A DNA stretch of 64,000 nt from Macrostomum hystrix (lineage: Eukaryota; Animalia; Platyhelminthes). Below, piece by piece: positions 37,765 through 50,097 of this stretch (positions within the stretch are counted from its first letter, which is position 1; every line of letters starts with the position of its first letter). The notes beneath the pieces were generated by a model. It saw only the letters and a program-made list of their open reading frames with translations. It searched no databases and was not told the origin of the DNA. The position numbers and the translations under genes were made by a program. The DNA is taken from positions 4,340,001-4,404,000 of the forward strand of contig CATNEN010000025.1 in the NCBI GenBank assembly GCA_950097015.1. The letters run 5' to 3'.

Positions 37765-38482
37765 ATCCCATTCCAGTCCCTCTAATCCCATTCCAATCCT
37801 TCTAATCCCATTCCAGTCCTTCTAATCCCATTCCAGTCCTTCTAATCCCATTCCAGTCCTTCTAATCCCATTCCAGCCCTTCTAATCCCATTCCAGTCCT
37901 TCTAATCCCATTCCAGTCCTTCTAATCCCATTCCAGTCCTCCTAATCCCATTCCAGTACTCCTAATCCCATTCCAGTCCGTCTTTCTAATCCCATTCCAG
38001 TCCTTCTAATCCCATTCCAGTCCTTCTAATCCCATTCCAGTCCTTCTAATCCCATTCCAGTCCTTCTAATCCCATTCCAGTCCTTCTAATCCCATTCCAG
38101 TCCTTCTAATCCCATTCCAGTCCTTCTAATCCCATTCCAGTCCTTCTAATCCCATTCCAGTCCTCCTAATCCCATTCCAGTCCTCCTAATCCCATTCCAG
38201 TCCGTCTTTCTAATCCCATTCCAGTCCTTCTAATCCCATTCCAGTCCTTCTAATCCCATTCCAGTCTTTCTAATCCCATTCCAGTCCTTCTAATCCCATT
38301 CCAGTCCTTCTAATCCCATTCCAGTCCTTCTAATCCCATTCCAGTCCTTCTAATCCCATTCCAGTCCTTCTAATCCCATTCCAGTCCTTCTAATCCCATT
38401 CCAGTCCTTCTAATCCCATTCCAGTCCTTCTAATCCCATTCCAGTCCTTCTAATCCCATTCCAGTCCTTCTAATCCCATTCC
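37765..38482. repeat. 20-bp minisatellite (CTAATCCCATTCCAGTCCTT)n
   Basis: About 35 units read directly. Confidence 0.95.
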
Positions 38483-39044
38483 AAATACTAATCCAATTCA
38501 GACAATTTATCAAATTCCTACAGCATTTATCCCGTTTCATTCCGATGTTCACAATCCGATTCTCAGCAGAGGCAGTCAGTTGTGCCCTGTGGAAGTATAT
38601 AAAACTAGAATCTGTCGAATTTTGCCAATTATAATATTTCAGTCTCTAGTCGTCGTAAATTTTTCCTCCAGAATAGACGTCTGTTTACTTTCTAATTAAT
38701 TGATGAGGTGCACAAGGCGTCACTTTGAAGCATTATTGTTTTGCCAAACGGTTGATGTATTAGTTACTGTTTATGGCCGCGATTTCCTGCATGACTCTCG
38801 TACGAGGATAATAATTTGCCTAACTTAATCTTTCTATCCAATCTAACAATAGCTTTAACCTCGCACGTCTACAGATCACGTGGGAGAAAATATTGTTTTG
38901 TCTCCAACGGTTTTTTTATTCAAAAAAAGCGCCCATATGCATTCGAAACAAAAATTATCCCACACGCATCTCCACATTTATTACGCGTTTTTCCATTTCA
39001 AAATATTTCCGTAAATAATTTCCCTATTCCCTTATCCCCACCCA

Positions 39045-39312
39045 ACTTTCCCATCAAGCTTTCCCATCCCGCTTTCCCATTCACCTTTCCCATCCAGCTT
39101 TCCCATCAAGCTTTCCCATCCCGCTTTCCCATTCACCTTTCCCATCCACCTTTCCCATCCACCTCTCCCATCAAGCTTTCCCATCCAGCTTTCCCATCAA
39201 GCTTTCCCATCCCGCTTTCCCATTCACCTTTCCCATCCACCTTTCCCATCCACCTCTCCCATCAAGCTTTCCCATCCAGCTTTCCCATCCAACTTTCCCA
39301 TCCACCTTTCCC
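39045..39312. repeat. TTTCCCATC-based degenerate repeat
   Basis: Read directly; explains the 38816-39463 ORF. Confidence 0.85.
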
Positions 39313-39399
39313 CGTCCGCCTTTTACTCGTCAATATTTGCAAAATCGGCACGGAATTCTCCATTCTAGCGAATTCCCCAAGCAATCTTTCATTTATCCG

Positions 39400-39445
39400 C
39401 GCCGCTATTGGTCAGAACCAGCCTCCACCGCAGCCAATGAGAGCT
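39400..39445 (+). promoter_or_regulatory. Paired CCAAT boxes upstream of Irx (putative NF-Y promoter)
   Basis: ATTGG at 39407-39411 and AGCCAATGA (CCAAT 39434-39438), 130-160 nt upstream of the proposed ATG at 39564. Confidence 0.4.
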
Positions 39446-39563
39446 CGTCTCGACGAGCTTTAGCAGGCACAATGGGCTAAAATTGCCTACAAGAGTTCCA
39501 TTTAGCAATTCCCAATCTAGATTCAGACAGACTGAGTTCATAACAGGAGCAAACCCAAACTCA

Positions 39564-39696
39564 ATGAACATCGCCAAGAAGAACGGCTGCGGCTGGCAAA
39601 ATCATTTGTCTGAGCAACCGCCGCCTCTACCAGACAATCAGAAGTCGGTTTGTGAATCTCTAATGCGGCCTGCTCTGACCGATCCAGAGGAGCCGG
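39564..39696 (+). CDS. Irx: Iroquois homeobox gene, probable exon 1
   Basis: MNIAKKNG...TDPEEP plus G|gtgagt donor; phase 1 joins in frame to 40223. Confidence 0.6.
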
Positions 39697-39728
39697 GTGA
39701 GTTCTAGATCTAAAATACATACTGAAAA

Positions 39729-40167
39729 TGAGACAGGGGAGATGGACCGGGGAGAGATGAGACAGGGGAGAGATGAGACAAGGGAGAGATAAGACACGCG
39801 AGAGATGAGACAGGGGAGAGATGAGACACTGGAGAGATGAGAAAGGGGAGAGATGAGACAGGGGAGAGATGAGACAGGGGAGGGATGAGACAGGGGAGGG
39901 ATGAGACAGGGGTGAGATGAGACACGGGAGAGATGAGACAGGAGAGGGATGAGACAGGGGTGAGATGAGACACGAGAGACATGAGACAAGGAAGAGATGA
40001 GACAGGGGAGGGATGAGACAGGGGTGAGATAAGACACGAGAGACATGAGACAAGGAAGAGATGAGACAGGGGAGGGATGAGACAGGGGAGGGATGAGACA
40101 GGGGAGAGATGAGACACGGGAGAGATGAGACAGGGGAGAGATGAGACAGGGGAGAGATGAGACAGGG
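39729..40167 (-). repeat. 16-bp minisatellite (GTCTCATCTCTCCCCT family), reverse orientation, Irx intron 1
   Basis: (GAGACAGGGGAGAGAT)n is the reverse complement of the arrays at 7090-7530 and 40843-41410. Confidence 0.9.
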
Positions 40168-40222
40168 TAGACAGCTATAGTAGTATGGCAAAGTTTACTG
40201 CTCTTTTTGAAATCTCACCCAG

Positions 40223-40593
40223 TTACGGAGTCTACATACTGGCGCAACGTCGACTGGTCGAACTTCGAGTATTTCCACCAACTGGCCACAGCCGGCGATC
40301 AGCAGCTTCATGATCCTGGTCTCCGCGCCGTTTTCAGGGCAGCCCACAGGGTGCAGTACGAAAGTCGATCTGACGAGAGTCTCAGGCCGACGCTGCCACC
40401 GTTGATTCCGCTGCGCCAGCCGACGTCGCTGCTTCCGCCGCAGTGGCGCCAAATTTATTGTCGCAGGCGGTCGGCGAGCAAGGAGACAACCGGTTTGCTG
40501 AAGGCATGGCTCAGCCAGCACCTGGAGAATCCTTATCCCACAAAGGCAGAGAAAATCATGCTGGCGGTCATCACCGCGATGACTCTAACTCAG
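40223..40593 (+). CDS. Irx: Iroquois homeobox exon 2 (TALE homeodomain helices 1-2)
   Basis: [44 protein letters not shown]|; cccag acceptor, CAG|gtgac donor. Confidence 0.92.
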
Positions 40594-40757
40594 GTGACTA
40601 TCACACCTGTGATAAATGTTAACTAATTTAAACACATTCTATCCTGTAATTTACCGCACAATCACATTGTTAGAAGCTCATGCGTGTTGGACGAGTTAAA
40701 ATTTGAAGCTTGTCGGCACACAAAAGTGAAAATATTTTGAAAATTAAACTTTAGATT

Positions 40758-41450
40758 CAGGGGTCCGCAATCTCCGGCCGTTGGCTACTTGAAGAAGCTC
40801 TTTAATCCGACCCTAATGACCCTTTCAACACCTACTCCGCACTGTCTCGTCTCTCCCCTGTCTCATCTCTCCCGTGTTTCATCTCTCCCCTGTCTCATCT
40901 CTCCCGTGTCTCATCTCTCCCCTGTCTCATCTCTTCCTTGTCTCATGTCTCTCGTGTCTCATCTCACCCCTGTCTCATCTCTCCTCTGTCTCATCTCTCC
41001 CGTGTCTCATCTCTCCCCTGTCTCATCCCTCCCCTGTCTCATCTCTCCCCTGTCTCATCTCTCCCGTGTCTCATCCCTCCCCTGTCTCATCCCTCCCCTG
41101 TCTCATCTCTCCCCTGTCTCATCTCACCCCTGTCTCATCTCTCCTCTGTCTCATCTCTCCCCTGTCTCATCTCTCCCCTGTCTCATCCCTCCCCTGTCTC
41201 ATCTCTTCCTTGTCTCATCTCTCCCGTGTCTCATCTCTCCCCTGTCTCATCTCTCCCCTGTCTCATCTCTCCCCTGTCTCATCTCTTCCTTGTCTCATGT
41301 CTCATGTCTCTCGTGTCTCATCCCTCCCCTGTCTCATCTCTTCCTTGTCTCATCTCTCCCGTGTCTCATCTGTTCCTTGTCTCATCTCTCCCTTGTCGCA
41401 TCTCTCCCGTCAGGACATGGATCTGCGAGGCATATAAGTTTGCGGACAGC
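40758..41450. mobile_element. Degenerate relative of the hAT MITE with 16-bp minisatellite, Irx intron 2
   Basis: Left end CAGGGGTCCGCAATCTCCGGCC and right remnant ATAAGTTTGCGGAC resemble the 7004-7620 termini; same internal array at 40843-41410; no TSD found. Confidence 0.6.
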
Positions 41451-41554
41451 TATCAGCTTGTTGAAAATTCAATATTTTTTTGCGAATCGAATGGACTTGC
41501 AAGAAGATTCAGAAAATCTTTTTCGCAAACTTGGCCTTCGCTCCCCACCCCAAG

Positions 41555-42064
41555 GTTTCCACCTGGTTTGCCAACGCTCGCCGACGCCTAAAGAAAGAAA
41601 ACAGGATGACCTGGGCACCTAGAAACAGCATGGAGATCGGCGAGGACGACCTGGATGACGAGAAGGACGATGTTGAAGAATTCGATGTTGGGGAGTCTAC
41701 AGGGGCGGCGGTGGCGGCAGCGGCGGCGAAGTCATCGGCAGTCGCCGACAAGCCGCGGATTTGGTCTCTCGTGGACACGGCGACCAGAGCGGAGCGTCCG
41801 ACTCCGCCGGAGCCGCCGACGCTGGACTTCCTGCGCCAGCACTTGCTGCCGCCGCCACGCCTGCTGGCTGCTCCGCCGCGGTGGCCGCCGCCTTTGACTT
41901 GTACGCGCTCGGAGGAGCCAGAACTGTCTTCGGGGTTCAGCAGCGGACCGCCGGCTAGGCCGAATTTGCCGCATCTGGTGCCGCTGCCGCTGCCGCTGCC
42001 GCTGCCGCTGCCGCTGCCGCTTCCACCGCTGAAGCTGCACAGCTGTCCTGACGGCCAAGTCTGA
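41555..42064 (+). CDS. Irx: Iroquois homeobox exon 3 (helix 3, acidic stretch, IRO box)
   Basis: [24 protein letters not shown], acidic [13 protein letters not shown]-box [12 protein letters not shown]. Confidence 0.92.
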   Translation, partial: VSTWFANARRRLKKENRMTWAPRNSMEIGEDDLDDEKDDVEEFDVGESTGAAVAAAAAKSSAVADKPRIWSLVDTATRAERPTPPEPPTLDFLRQHLLPPPRLLAAPPRWPPPLTCTRSEEPELSSGFSSGPPARPNLPHLVPLPLPLPLPLPLPLPPLKLHSCPDGQV

Positions 42065-42656
42065 CTGACTAAAAGTTGGAATCAAAGAAATGCTATAAAA
42101 ATGTGTTAAATGACCTTCGGACAATATTTTTTGCGCTAGTTAGAGCACGTGCTCATGAACTTTGATCTCATCATTTTTAGGGAAAATTTTGAAAAAATGA
42201 TGGCTTACCCTGCCCGCATTACCACAGGTGTTAGTTAAGAATGCATGTGGATAAATTCTTCAATTTATTTTAATGCAATTTTGCGTGCTAAATATTTACC
42301 AAAATAATTGTTGCGTCCAGTCTCCTGCGCTCGCTAAATTTGCCAATTAGTCGGTCGTTAAGTCCCGTTTGAGCTGCTTCTCAAAGCGATGCAGAAAAAG
42401 TCGCAGGTGCAATTCAACCAACTTTGGCTTTGGCCAACTAACGCTTTCGCTTGGCCTAATCAGCGAACGATTTCTGCAGCAGGCGAAACAAATTCATACG
42501 AAAATCGGAAAATATTTCAGGCTTTTTCGAATCCTAAACTGTTTTCTTTAGCTTTGCAATTTGGTTTGCAAATTAAGGTACAGAAAATACGAGAAAATAA
42601 ATGATTAAGCTAAAGGTGCGCAAGTACCTACTCGTAAAAAACTAGAGTTATATAGA

Positions 42657-44890
42657 TGTCGAGTTTGTGAGTTTCGAGTTTGTGAGTTTCGAGTTTGTGA
42701 GTTTCGAGTTTGTAAATTTCGAGTTTTTAAGTTTCAAGTTTGTAATAAATGTCGAGTTTGTAATAAATGTCGAGTTTGTTATAAATGTCGAGTTTGTAAT
42801 AAATGTCGAGTTTGTTATAAATGTCGAGTTTGCTATAAATGTCGAGTTTGTTATAAATGTCGAGTTTGTTATAAATGTCGAGTTTGTTATAAATGTCGAG
42901 TTTGTTATATATGTCGAGTTTGTAATAAATGTCGAGTTTGTTATATATGTCGAGTTTGTAATAAATGTCGAGTTTGTTATAAATGTCGAGTTTGTTATAA
43001 ATGTCGAGTTTGTTATATATGTCGAGTTTGTTATAAATGTCGAGTTTGTTATAAATGTCGAGTTTGTTATAAATGTCGAGTTTGTTATATATGTCGAGTT
43101 TGTAATAAATGTCGAGTTTGTTATAAATGTCGAGTTTGTAATAAATGTCGAGTTTGTTATAAATGTCGAGTTTGTTATAAATGTCGAGTTTGTTATAAAT
43201 GTCGAGTTTGTTATAAATGTCGAGTTTGTTATAAATGTCGAGTTTGTTATAAATGTCGAGTTTGTTATATATGTCGAGTTTGTTATAAATGTCGAGTTTG
43301 TTATAAATGTCGAGTTTGTTATATATGTCGAGTTTGTTATAAATGTCGAGTTTGTTATAAATGTCGAGTTTGTTATAAATGTCGAGTTTGTTATAAATGT
43401 CGAGTTTGTTATAAATGTCGAGTTTGTAATAAATGTCGAGTTTGTAATAAATGTCGAGTTTGTAATAAATGTCGAGTTTGTTATAAATGTCGAATTTGTA
43501 ATAAATGTCGAGTTTGTTATAAATGTCGAGTTTGTTATAAATGTCGAGTTTGTAATAAATGTCGAGTTTGTTATAAATGTCGAGTTTGTAATAAATGTCG
43601 AGTTTGTAATAAATGTCGAGTTTGTAATAAATGTCGAGTTTGTTATAAATGTCGAGTTTGTAATAAATGTCGAGTTTGTAATAAATGTCGAGTTTGTAAT
43701 AAATGTCGAGTTTGTTATAAATGTCGAGTTTGTTATAATTGTCGAGTTTGTAATAAATGTCGAGTTTGTAATAAATTTCGAGTTTGTAATAAATGTCGAG
43801 TTTGTAATAAATGTTAAGTTTGTTATAAATTTCGAGTTTGTAATAAATGTCGAGTTTGTTATAAATGTTAAGTTTGTTATAAATGTCGAGTTTGTAATAA
43901 ATGTCGAGTTTGTTATATATGTCGAGTTTGTAATAAATGTCGAGTTTGTTATAAATGTCGAGTTTGTTATAAATGTCGAGTTTGTTATAAATGTCGAGTT
44001 TGTAATAAATGTCGAGTTTGTAATAAATGTCGAGTTTGTAATAAATGTCGAGTTTGTAATAAATGTCGAGTTTGTTATAAATGTCGAATTTGTAATAAAT
44101 GTCGAGTTTGTTATAAATGTCGAGTTTGTTATAAATGTCGAGTTTGTAATAAATGTCGAGTTTGTTATAAATGTCGAGTTTGTAATAAATGTCGAGTTTG
44201 TTATAAATGTCGAGTTTGTAATAAATGTCGAGTTTGTTATAAATGTCGAGTTTGTAATAAATGTCGAGTTTGTAATAAATGTCGAGTTTGTAATAAATGT
44301 CGAGTTTGTTATAAATGTCGAGTTTGTTATAATTGTCGAGTTTGTAATAAATGTCGAGTTTGTAATAAATTTCGAGTTTGTAATAAATGTCGAGTTTGTA
44401 ATAAATGTTAAGTTTGTTATAAATTTCGAGTTTGTAATAAATGTCGAGTTTGTTATAAATGTTAAGTTTGTTATAAATGTCGAGTTTGTAATAAATGTCG
44501 AGTTTGTTATAAATGTCGAGTTTGTAATAAATGTCGAGTTTGTTATAAATGTCGAGTTTGTAATAAATGTCGAGTTTGTAATAAATGTCGAGTTTGTAAT
44601 AAATGTCGAGTTTGTTATAAATGTCGAGTTTGTAATAAATGTCGAGTTTGTAATAAATGTCGAGTTTGTAATAAATGTCGAGTTTGTTATAAATGTCGAG
44701 TTTGTTATAATTGTCGAGTTTGTAATAAATGTCGAGTTTGTAATAAATTTCGAGTTTGTAATAAATGTCGAGTTTGTAATAAATGTCGAGTTTGTTATAA
44801 ATGTCGAGTTTGTAATAAATGTCGAGTTTGTAATAAATGTCGAGTTTGTTATAAATGTCGAGTTTGTTATAAATGTCGAGCTTGTAATTG
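42657..44890. repeat. 18-bp satellite (GTCGAGTTTGTWATAAAT)n, about 120 units
   Basis: Read directly; generates the 785-aa INVEFV and 739-aa KLDIYY ORFs. Confidence 0.97.
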
Positions 44891-46461
44891 TTGAGCTTGT
44901 TATAACAGTTGAGTTTGTTTGGATTGTCGAGTGTATGGTGGGTCACGTTAGTTACATAATGTCAAGCGTTCATTGTGTCGAGCTGTGCATATTGCGCCTC
45001 TTAAGTCTACGCGATCGAGTTTGAAAAATCGTCTTTTTGTGAAGTCAGTTTAAAGTTACAAGTTTGTGTCCTTTCTTTAAAAAACAATGTGAACTGTCTC
45101 AAGTAAAAGTGCGTAGCAGTTATTACAGTGTTTTAATTAAACGAGGTACCATATTGAAGCCGAGTGGAAGTCGTGACGGAAGTGAGTATGAGAAAACGCG
45201 CATCCATTCGTGTGCTTTGCGGCTCCGATGCGAGGCCCAATTTCATTTGTGCAGCCACTCTACTAGCCGTCACTGTCAGTCAAGACTAAGCAAAAATGAG
45301 CTTAGCTACACCTGCCGAGAAACGGTATGGATTTTAATATACCTAACAAGGGAAGCAGGATTACAATGATAATGCTTGCGCATAGCACTTCTTTTGACAC
45401 GTTTATAGTGTGTATACACACAAACACACACACACACACAGTGCTTCAGTGGACAAACCATTTGCTTCCTGCGTTTTGAGTTGGCCTTGTACGCGTGTGT
45501 GTGTGTGTGTTTGTGTTAATAGTGTGCGTGCGGCTTTACAATTTGTTAGAGGAAGAAAACAGACGATTGGAATCGAGGCGGGAATGAGTAGCGAATGAAA
45601 GCTTTCGCGTCAGTGTTTGCGCAGTGGAGGTGACGACCGTGACAATGCTGCTGCTTCTGGTGCTGTAACAGTCGCTGAAGTGTAAGAAGCGATTGTGAGA
45701 AAGCAATAATCTCACTTGTTTCCCATAATAGTCTGATATTGCCTATTGCGTATAGGATTTGAAGAAGTGTCAAACTTGTAGCAGCGTAAAACAGTTTTTT
45801 GTTACTTGAATTGTTTACACTTCATATATGAGACAGTTGGGTGTATTACTCTGGACTCACAAGAAGTAGATTGAAGGCACTCGTTGGGACTCCATGCACA
45901 ATGTCAGCATGGTAGCTAACTTTGACTAAAAACGATAGAGGAGGACAGATAGGAGGGCTTGAGTTAGCTGTCAATCCGAGTGGCCTACTTAAACCGGCGA
46001 CAATCAGCTTACACACATTCCGGAGCGCTTCAGTTCCAAACACACTTACACATGTCCCGCATGCCCCGATCTAAGCTGTTAGGAATCCCTGCCGCCACAG
46101 ATCAGTACTATAACACTTAGGCATAACAATTCCTTGTTGTCGGGTTTATTTGGTAAAGAGCTAAATCCACTCTCGGAGTTACACAAAGCGAGAGAGAGGG
46201 CGAGTGGCGAGCGGCGACCCCCGGGCCTCAAGTGTCTAGCGCGAGTGGAGTGGAAAATTTCCACAGACAAAGCGGCGCCCATCACAGTTGGCAGGGATCC
46301 GGAACGTGGGACGCCTGCATTGGCAGATCTATATACTGCCACTTGAGTGCAGAATTGCACAGTGTAAATGCGTATAGAGAATATGCAAAGCGCAGAGTAT
46401 TTCACAATTATTCTTACAGTTTTCAGAAGTACTGGAAAATAGTCATTGCTCAAGCCTATTG

Positions 46462-46660
46462 GGGGTTGTAGCCTAGTGGTTAGAAGGTATGCGGTTCGAT
46501 TCCCGACTTCTACCAATCAGTTTTTGTCCTTTAGAAAGTCATTTAGCTTTGCATCGCTCCTTTCACCCAGTAGTAAAATTGGTGCCAGCATCGTAGCCTC
46601 TATCGGTAATGGCGTACTCCCAGTCCATGGACTGAACAGACATAAACAGCTTGCATAGCT
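46462..46660 (+). mobile_element. tRNA-derived SINE, family B
   Basis: A-box TAGCCTAGTGG and B-box GGTTCGATTCC; 3' cccagtccatggactgaacag shared with the 35255 and 51150 copies. Confidence 0.65.
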
Positions 46661-46914
46661 TGGCCTAGTACTCGTAGAGCATTGGTTCAATGAACTCATT
46701 TTTTCCTATCGATTTCTTTCGTATTATGCTTCTTACTGTAAGATCTAATTCGTATTTTCGTATTTATTAAATGCAGCTGGTAACTATACTCAACTTAAAC
46801 CACTTTTAGCGAAATCCAAAAATGACTGTACTTTTAAAGATGTAAATTACCACAGAATATAAGAGGTTCGGTCCATGCCGATTCGGCAAAGTGAAGTGAA
46901 GTAACGTGAAGTGA

Positions 46915-47500
46915 AGTGATCATTCAGTTCCAAAGTGATCCTTCAGTTCCGAAATGATCCTTCATTTCCGAAGTGATTCTTAATTTCTGAAGTGATCCTT
47001 CAGTAACGAAATTACCCACAGTTCCAAAGTGATCCTTCAGTTCCAAAGTGATCCTTCAGTTCCGAAGTGATTCTTTCAGTTCCGAAGTGATTCCTTCAGT
47101 TCCGAAGTGATTCCTTCAGTTCCGAAATTATCCTTCATTTCCGAAGTGATTCTTCAGTTCCAAAGTGATCCTTCAGTTCCGAAGTGGTTCTTCAGTTTCG
47201 AAACTATCCATCATTTCCGAAGTGATTCTTCAGTTCCAAAGTGATCCTTTAGTTCCGAAGTGATCCTTCAGTTCCGAAATGATCCTTAATTTCTGAAGTG
47301 ATTCTTCAGTTCCGAAGTGATCCTTCAGTTCCGAAGTGATTCCTTTAGTTCCGAAATTATCCTTCATTTCCGAAATTATCCTTCATTTCCGAAATTATCC
47401 TTCATTTCCGAAATTATCCTTCATTTCCGAAATTATCCTTCATTTCCGAAATTATCCTTCTCTTCCGAAGTGATCAATCGGTTCCAAAGTGATCCTTTAA
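46915..47500. repeat. 20-21-bp degenerate minisatellite (TTCAGTTCCGAAGTGATCC core)
   Basis: Read directly. Confidence 0.85.
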
Positions 47501-47984
47501 TTTCCGAAACAATCCCATTCAGCAGAAAAAAGATTTTTTCTGTTCCGAAAAAAAGTATTTTTAGCGTTACATCATAAATTTAGTTAACTCTGTACTGGCG
47601 CAGTGCGTTAGAATCGACATCTTACTTTAAAAACTAAAAAAGCAGCAGAAATGCAAAGACACAGAAGCAAATGCAGCAGGAAAACTTGGAATTGAGTCAG
47701 GGCAGAATGTTTTGCTCAGGACAGTGAGTATGTAGGCTGCTACAGATCCGTGTGGCTTCTGTTTTATCTGCTTCAAAGAATGCTTCTGAAAATCAATAAG
47801 CAGCTTGCAATTCGAGAATTACAAGCAATGACTAAACTTTTGAAGAATTTTAGATTCTAAATAATTATGTTGCATTTTAAATGTACAGCTTGCTCAAATG
47901 CCAATAGCATTGCGTTTTCTGCTAACGCGTTAAACCAGCTGAAATTGTATTCGCTTGAGTCTAACTAACAAGTGTTCTGTCAGA

Positions 47985-50097
47985 CACGGGAAAACATACG
48001 AGAGTTAATCCTCTACTGGATAATAGAAAACAAACGAGAGTTAATCCTCTATTGGATAATAGAAAACAAACGAGAGTTAATCCTCTATTGGATAATAGAA
48101 AACAAACGAGAGTTAATCCTCTATTGGATAATAGAAAACAAACGAGAGTTAATCCTCTATTGGATAATAGAAAACATACGAGAGTTAATCCTCTATTGGA
48201 TAGTAGAAAACATACGAGAGTTAATCCTCTATTGGATAATAGAAAACAAACGAGAGTTAATCCTCTATCTGGATAGTAGAAAACATACGAGAGTTAATCC
48301 TCTATTGGATAATAGAAAACAAACGAGAGTTAATCCTCTATCGGATAATAGAAAACAAACGAGAGTTAATCCTCTATTGGATAATAGAAAACAAACGAGA
48401 GTTAATCCTCTATTGGATAATAGAAAACATACGAGAGTTAATCCTCTATTGGATAATAGAAAACATACGAGAGTTAATCCTCTACTGGATAGTAGAAAAC
48501 ATACGAGAGTTAATCCTCTATTGGATAATAGAAAACATACGAGAGTTAATCCTCTACTGGATAGTAGAAAACATACGAGAGTTAATCCTCTATTGGATAA
48601 TAGAAAACAAACGAGAGTTAATCCTCTACTGGATAGTAGAAAACAAACGAGAGTTAATCCTCTATTGGATAATAGAAAACAAACGAGAGTTAATCCTCCT
48701 ATCGGATAATAGAAAACAAACGAGAGTTAATCCTCTATTGGATAATAGAAAACAAACGAGAGTTAATCCTCTATTGGATAATAGAAAACAAACGAGAGTT
48801 AATCCTCTATTGGATAATAGAAAACAATACGAGAGTTAATCCTCTATTGGATAATAGAAAACATAACGAGAGTTAATCCTCTATCTGGATAGTAGAAAAC
48901 ATACGAGAGTTAATCCTCTATCTGGATAGTAGAAAACAAACGAGAGTTAATCCTCTACTGGATAATAGAAAACATAACGAGAGTTAATCCTCTATCTGGA
49001 TAGTAGAAAACAAACGAGAGTTAATCCTCTACTGGATAGTAGAAAACATACGAGAGTTAATCCTCTACTGGATAGTAGAAAACAAACGAGAGTTAATCCT
49101 CTATTGGATAATAGAAAACAAACGAGAGTTAATCCTCTATCGGATAATAGAAAACAAACGAGAGTTAATCCTCTACTGGATAATAGAAAACAAACGAGAG
49201 TTAATCCTCTATTGGATAATAGAAAACATACGAGAGTTAATCCTCTATTGGATAGTAGAAAACAAACGAGAGTTAATCCTCTACTGGATAATAGAAAACA
49301 TACGAGAGTTAATCCTCTACTGGATAGTAGAAAACAAACGAGAGTTAATCCTCTATTGGATAATAGAAAACAAACGAGAGTTAATCCTCCTATCGGATAA
49401 TAGAAAACAAACGAGAGTTAATCCTCTACTGGATAATAGAAAACAAACGAGAGTTAATCCTCTATTGGATAATAGAAAACATACGAGAGTTAATCCTCTA
49501 CTTGGATAATAGAAAACATACGAGAGTTAATCCTCTACTGGATAATAGAAAACAAACGAGAGTTAATCCTCTACTGGATAATAGAAAACATACGAGAGTT
49601 AATCCTCTACTGGATAATAGAAAACATACGAGAGTTAATCCTCTATCGGATAATAGAAAACAAACGAGAGTTAATCCTCTACTGGATAGTAGAAAACAAA
49701 CGAGAGTTAATCCTCTATTGGATAATAGAAAACAAACGAGAGTTAATCCTCTACTGGATAGTAGAAAACATACGAGAGTTAATCCTCTACTGGATAATAG
49801 AAAACAAACGAGAGTTAATCCTCTACTGGATAATAGAAAACATACGAGAGTTAATCCTCTATCGGATAATAGAAAACATACGAGAGTTAATCCTCTATTG
49901 GATAATAGAAAACATACGAGAGTTAATCCTCTATCGGATAATAGAAAACATACGAGAGTTAATCCTCTATCGGATAATAGAAAACATACGAGAGTTAATC
50001 CTCTATCGGATAATAGAAAACATACGAGAGTTAATCCTCTATTAGGATAATAGAAAACATACGAGAGTTAATCCTCTATCGGATAATAGAAACATAC
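47985..50097. repeat. 36-bp satellite (ACGAGAGTTAATCCTCTATTGGATAATAGAAAACAA)n, about 58 units
   Basis: Head-to-tail units with no spacers; scattered single-base insertions. Confidence 0.97.

Noticed and set aside
39538-41622. SLPCLISPLSHL-repeat ORFs (also 6887-7663)
   Set aside because: Translations of the 16-bp minisatellite; no splice or start support.
45846-46460. Retroelement RT fragment or gene in the 46079-46516 ORF
   Set aside because: No recognisable catalytic motif; the ORF start lies within a SINE.
47985-50097. CRISPR array (36-bp partly palindromic repeats)
   Set aside because: Units are head-to-tail with no unique spacers, there are no cas genes, and the context is eukaryotic.
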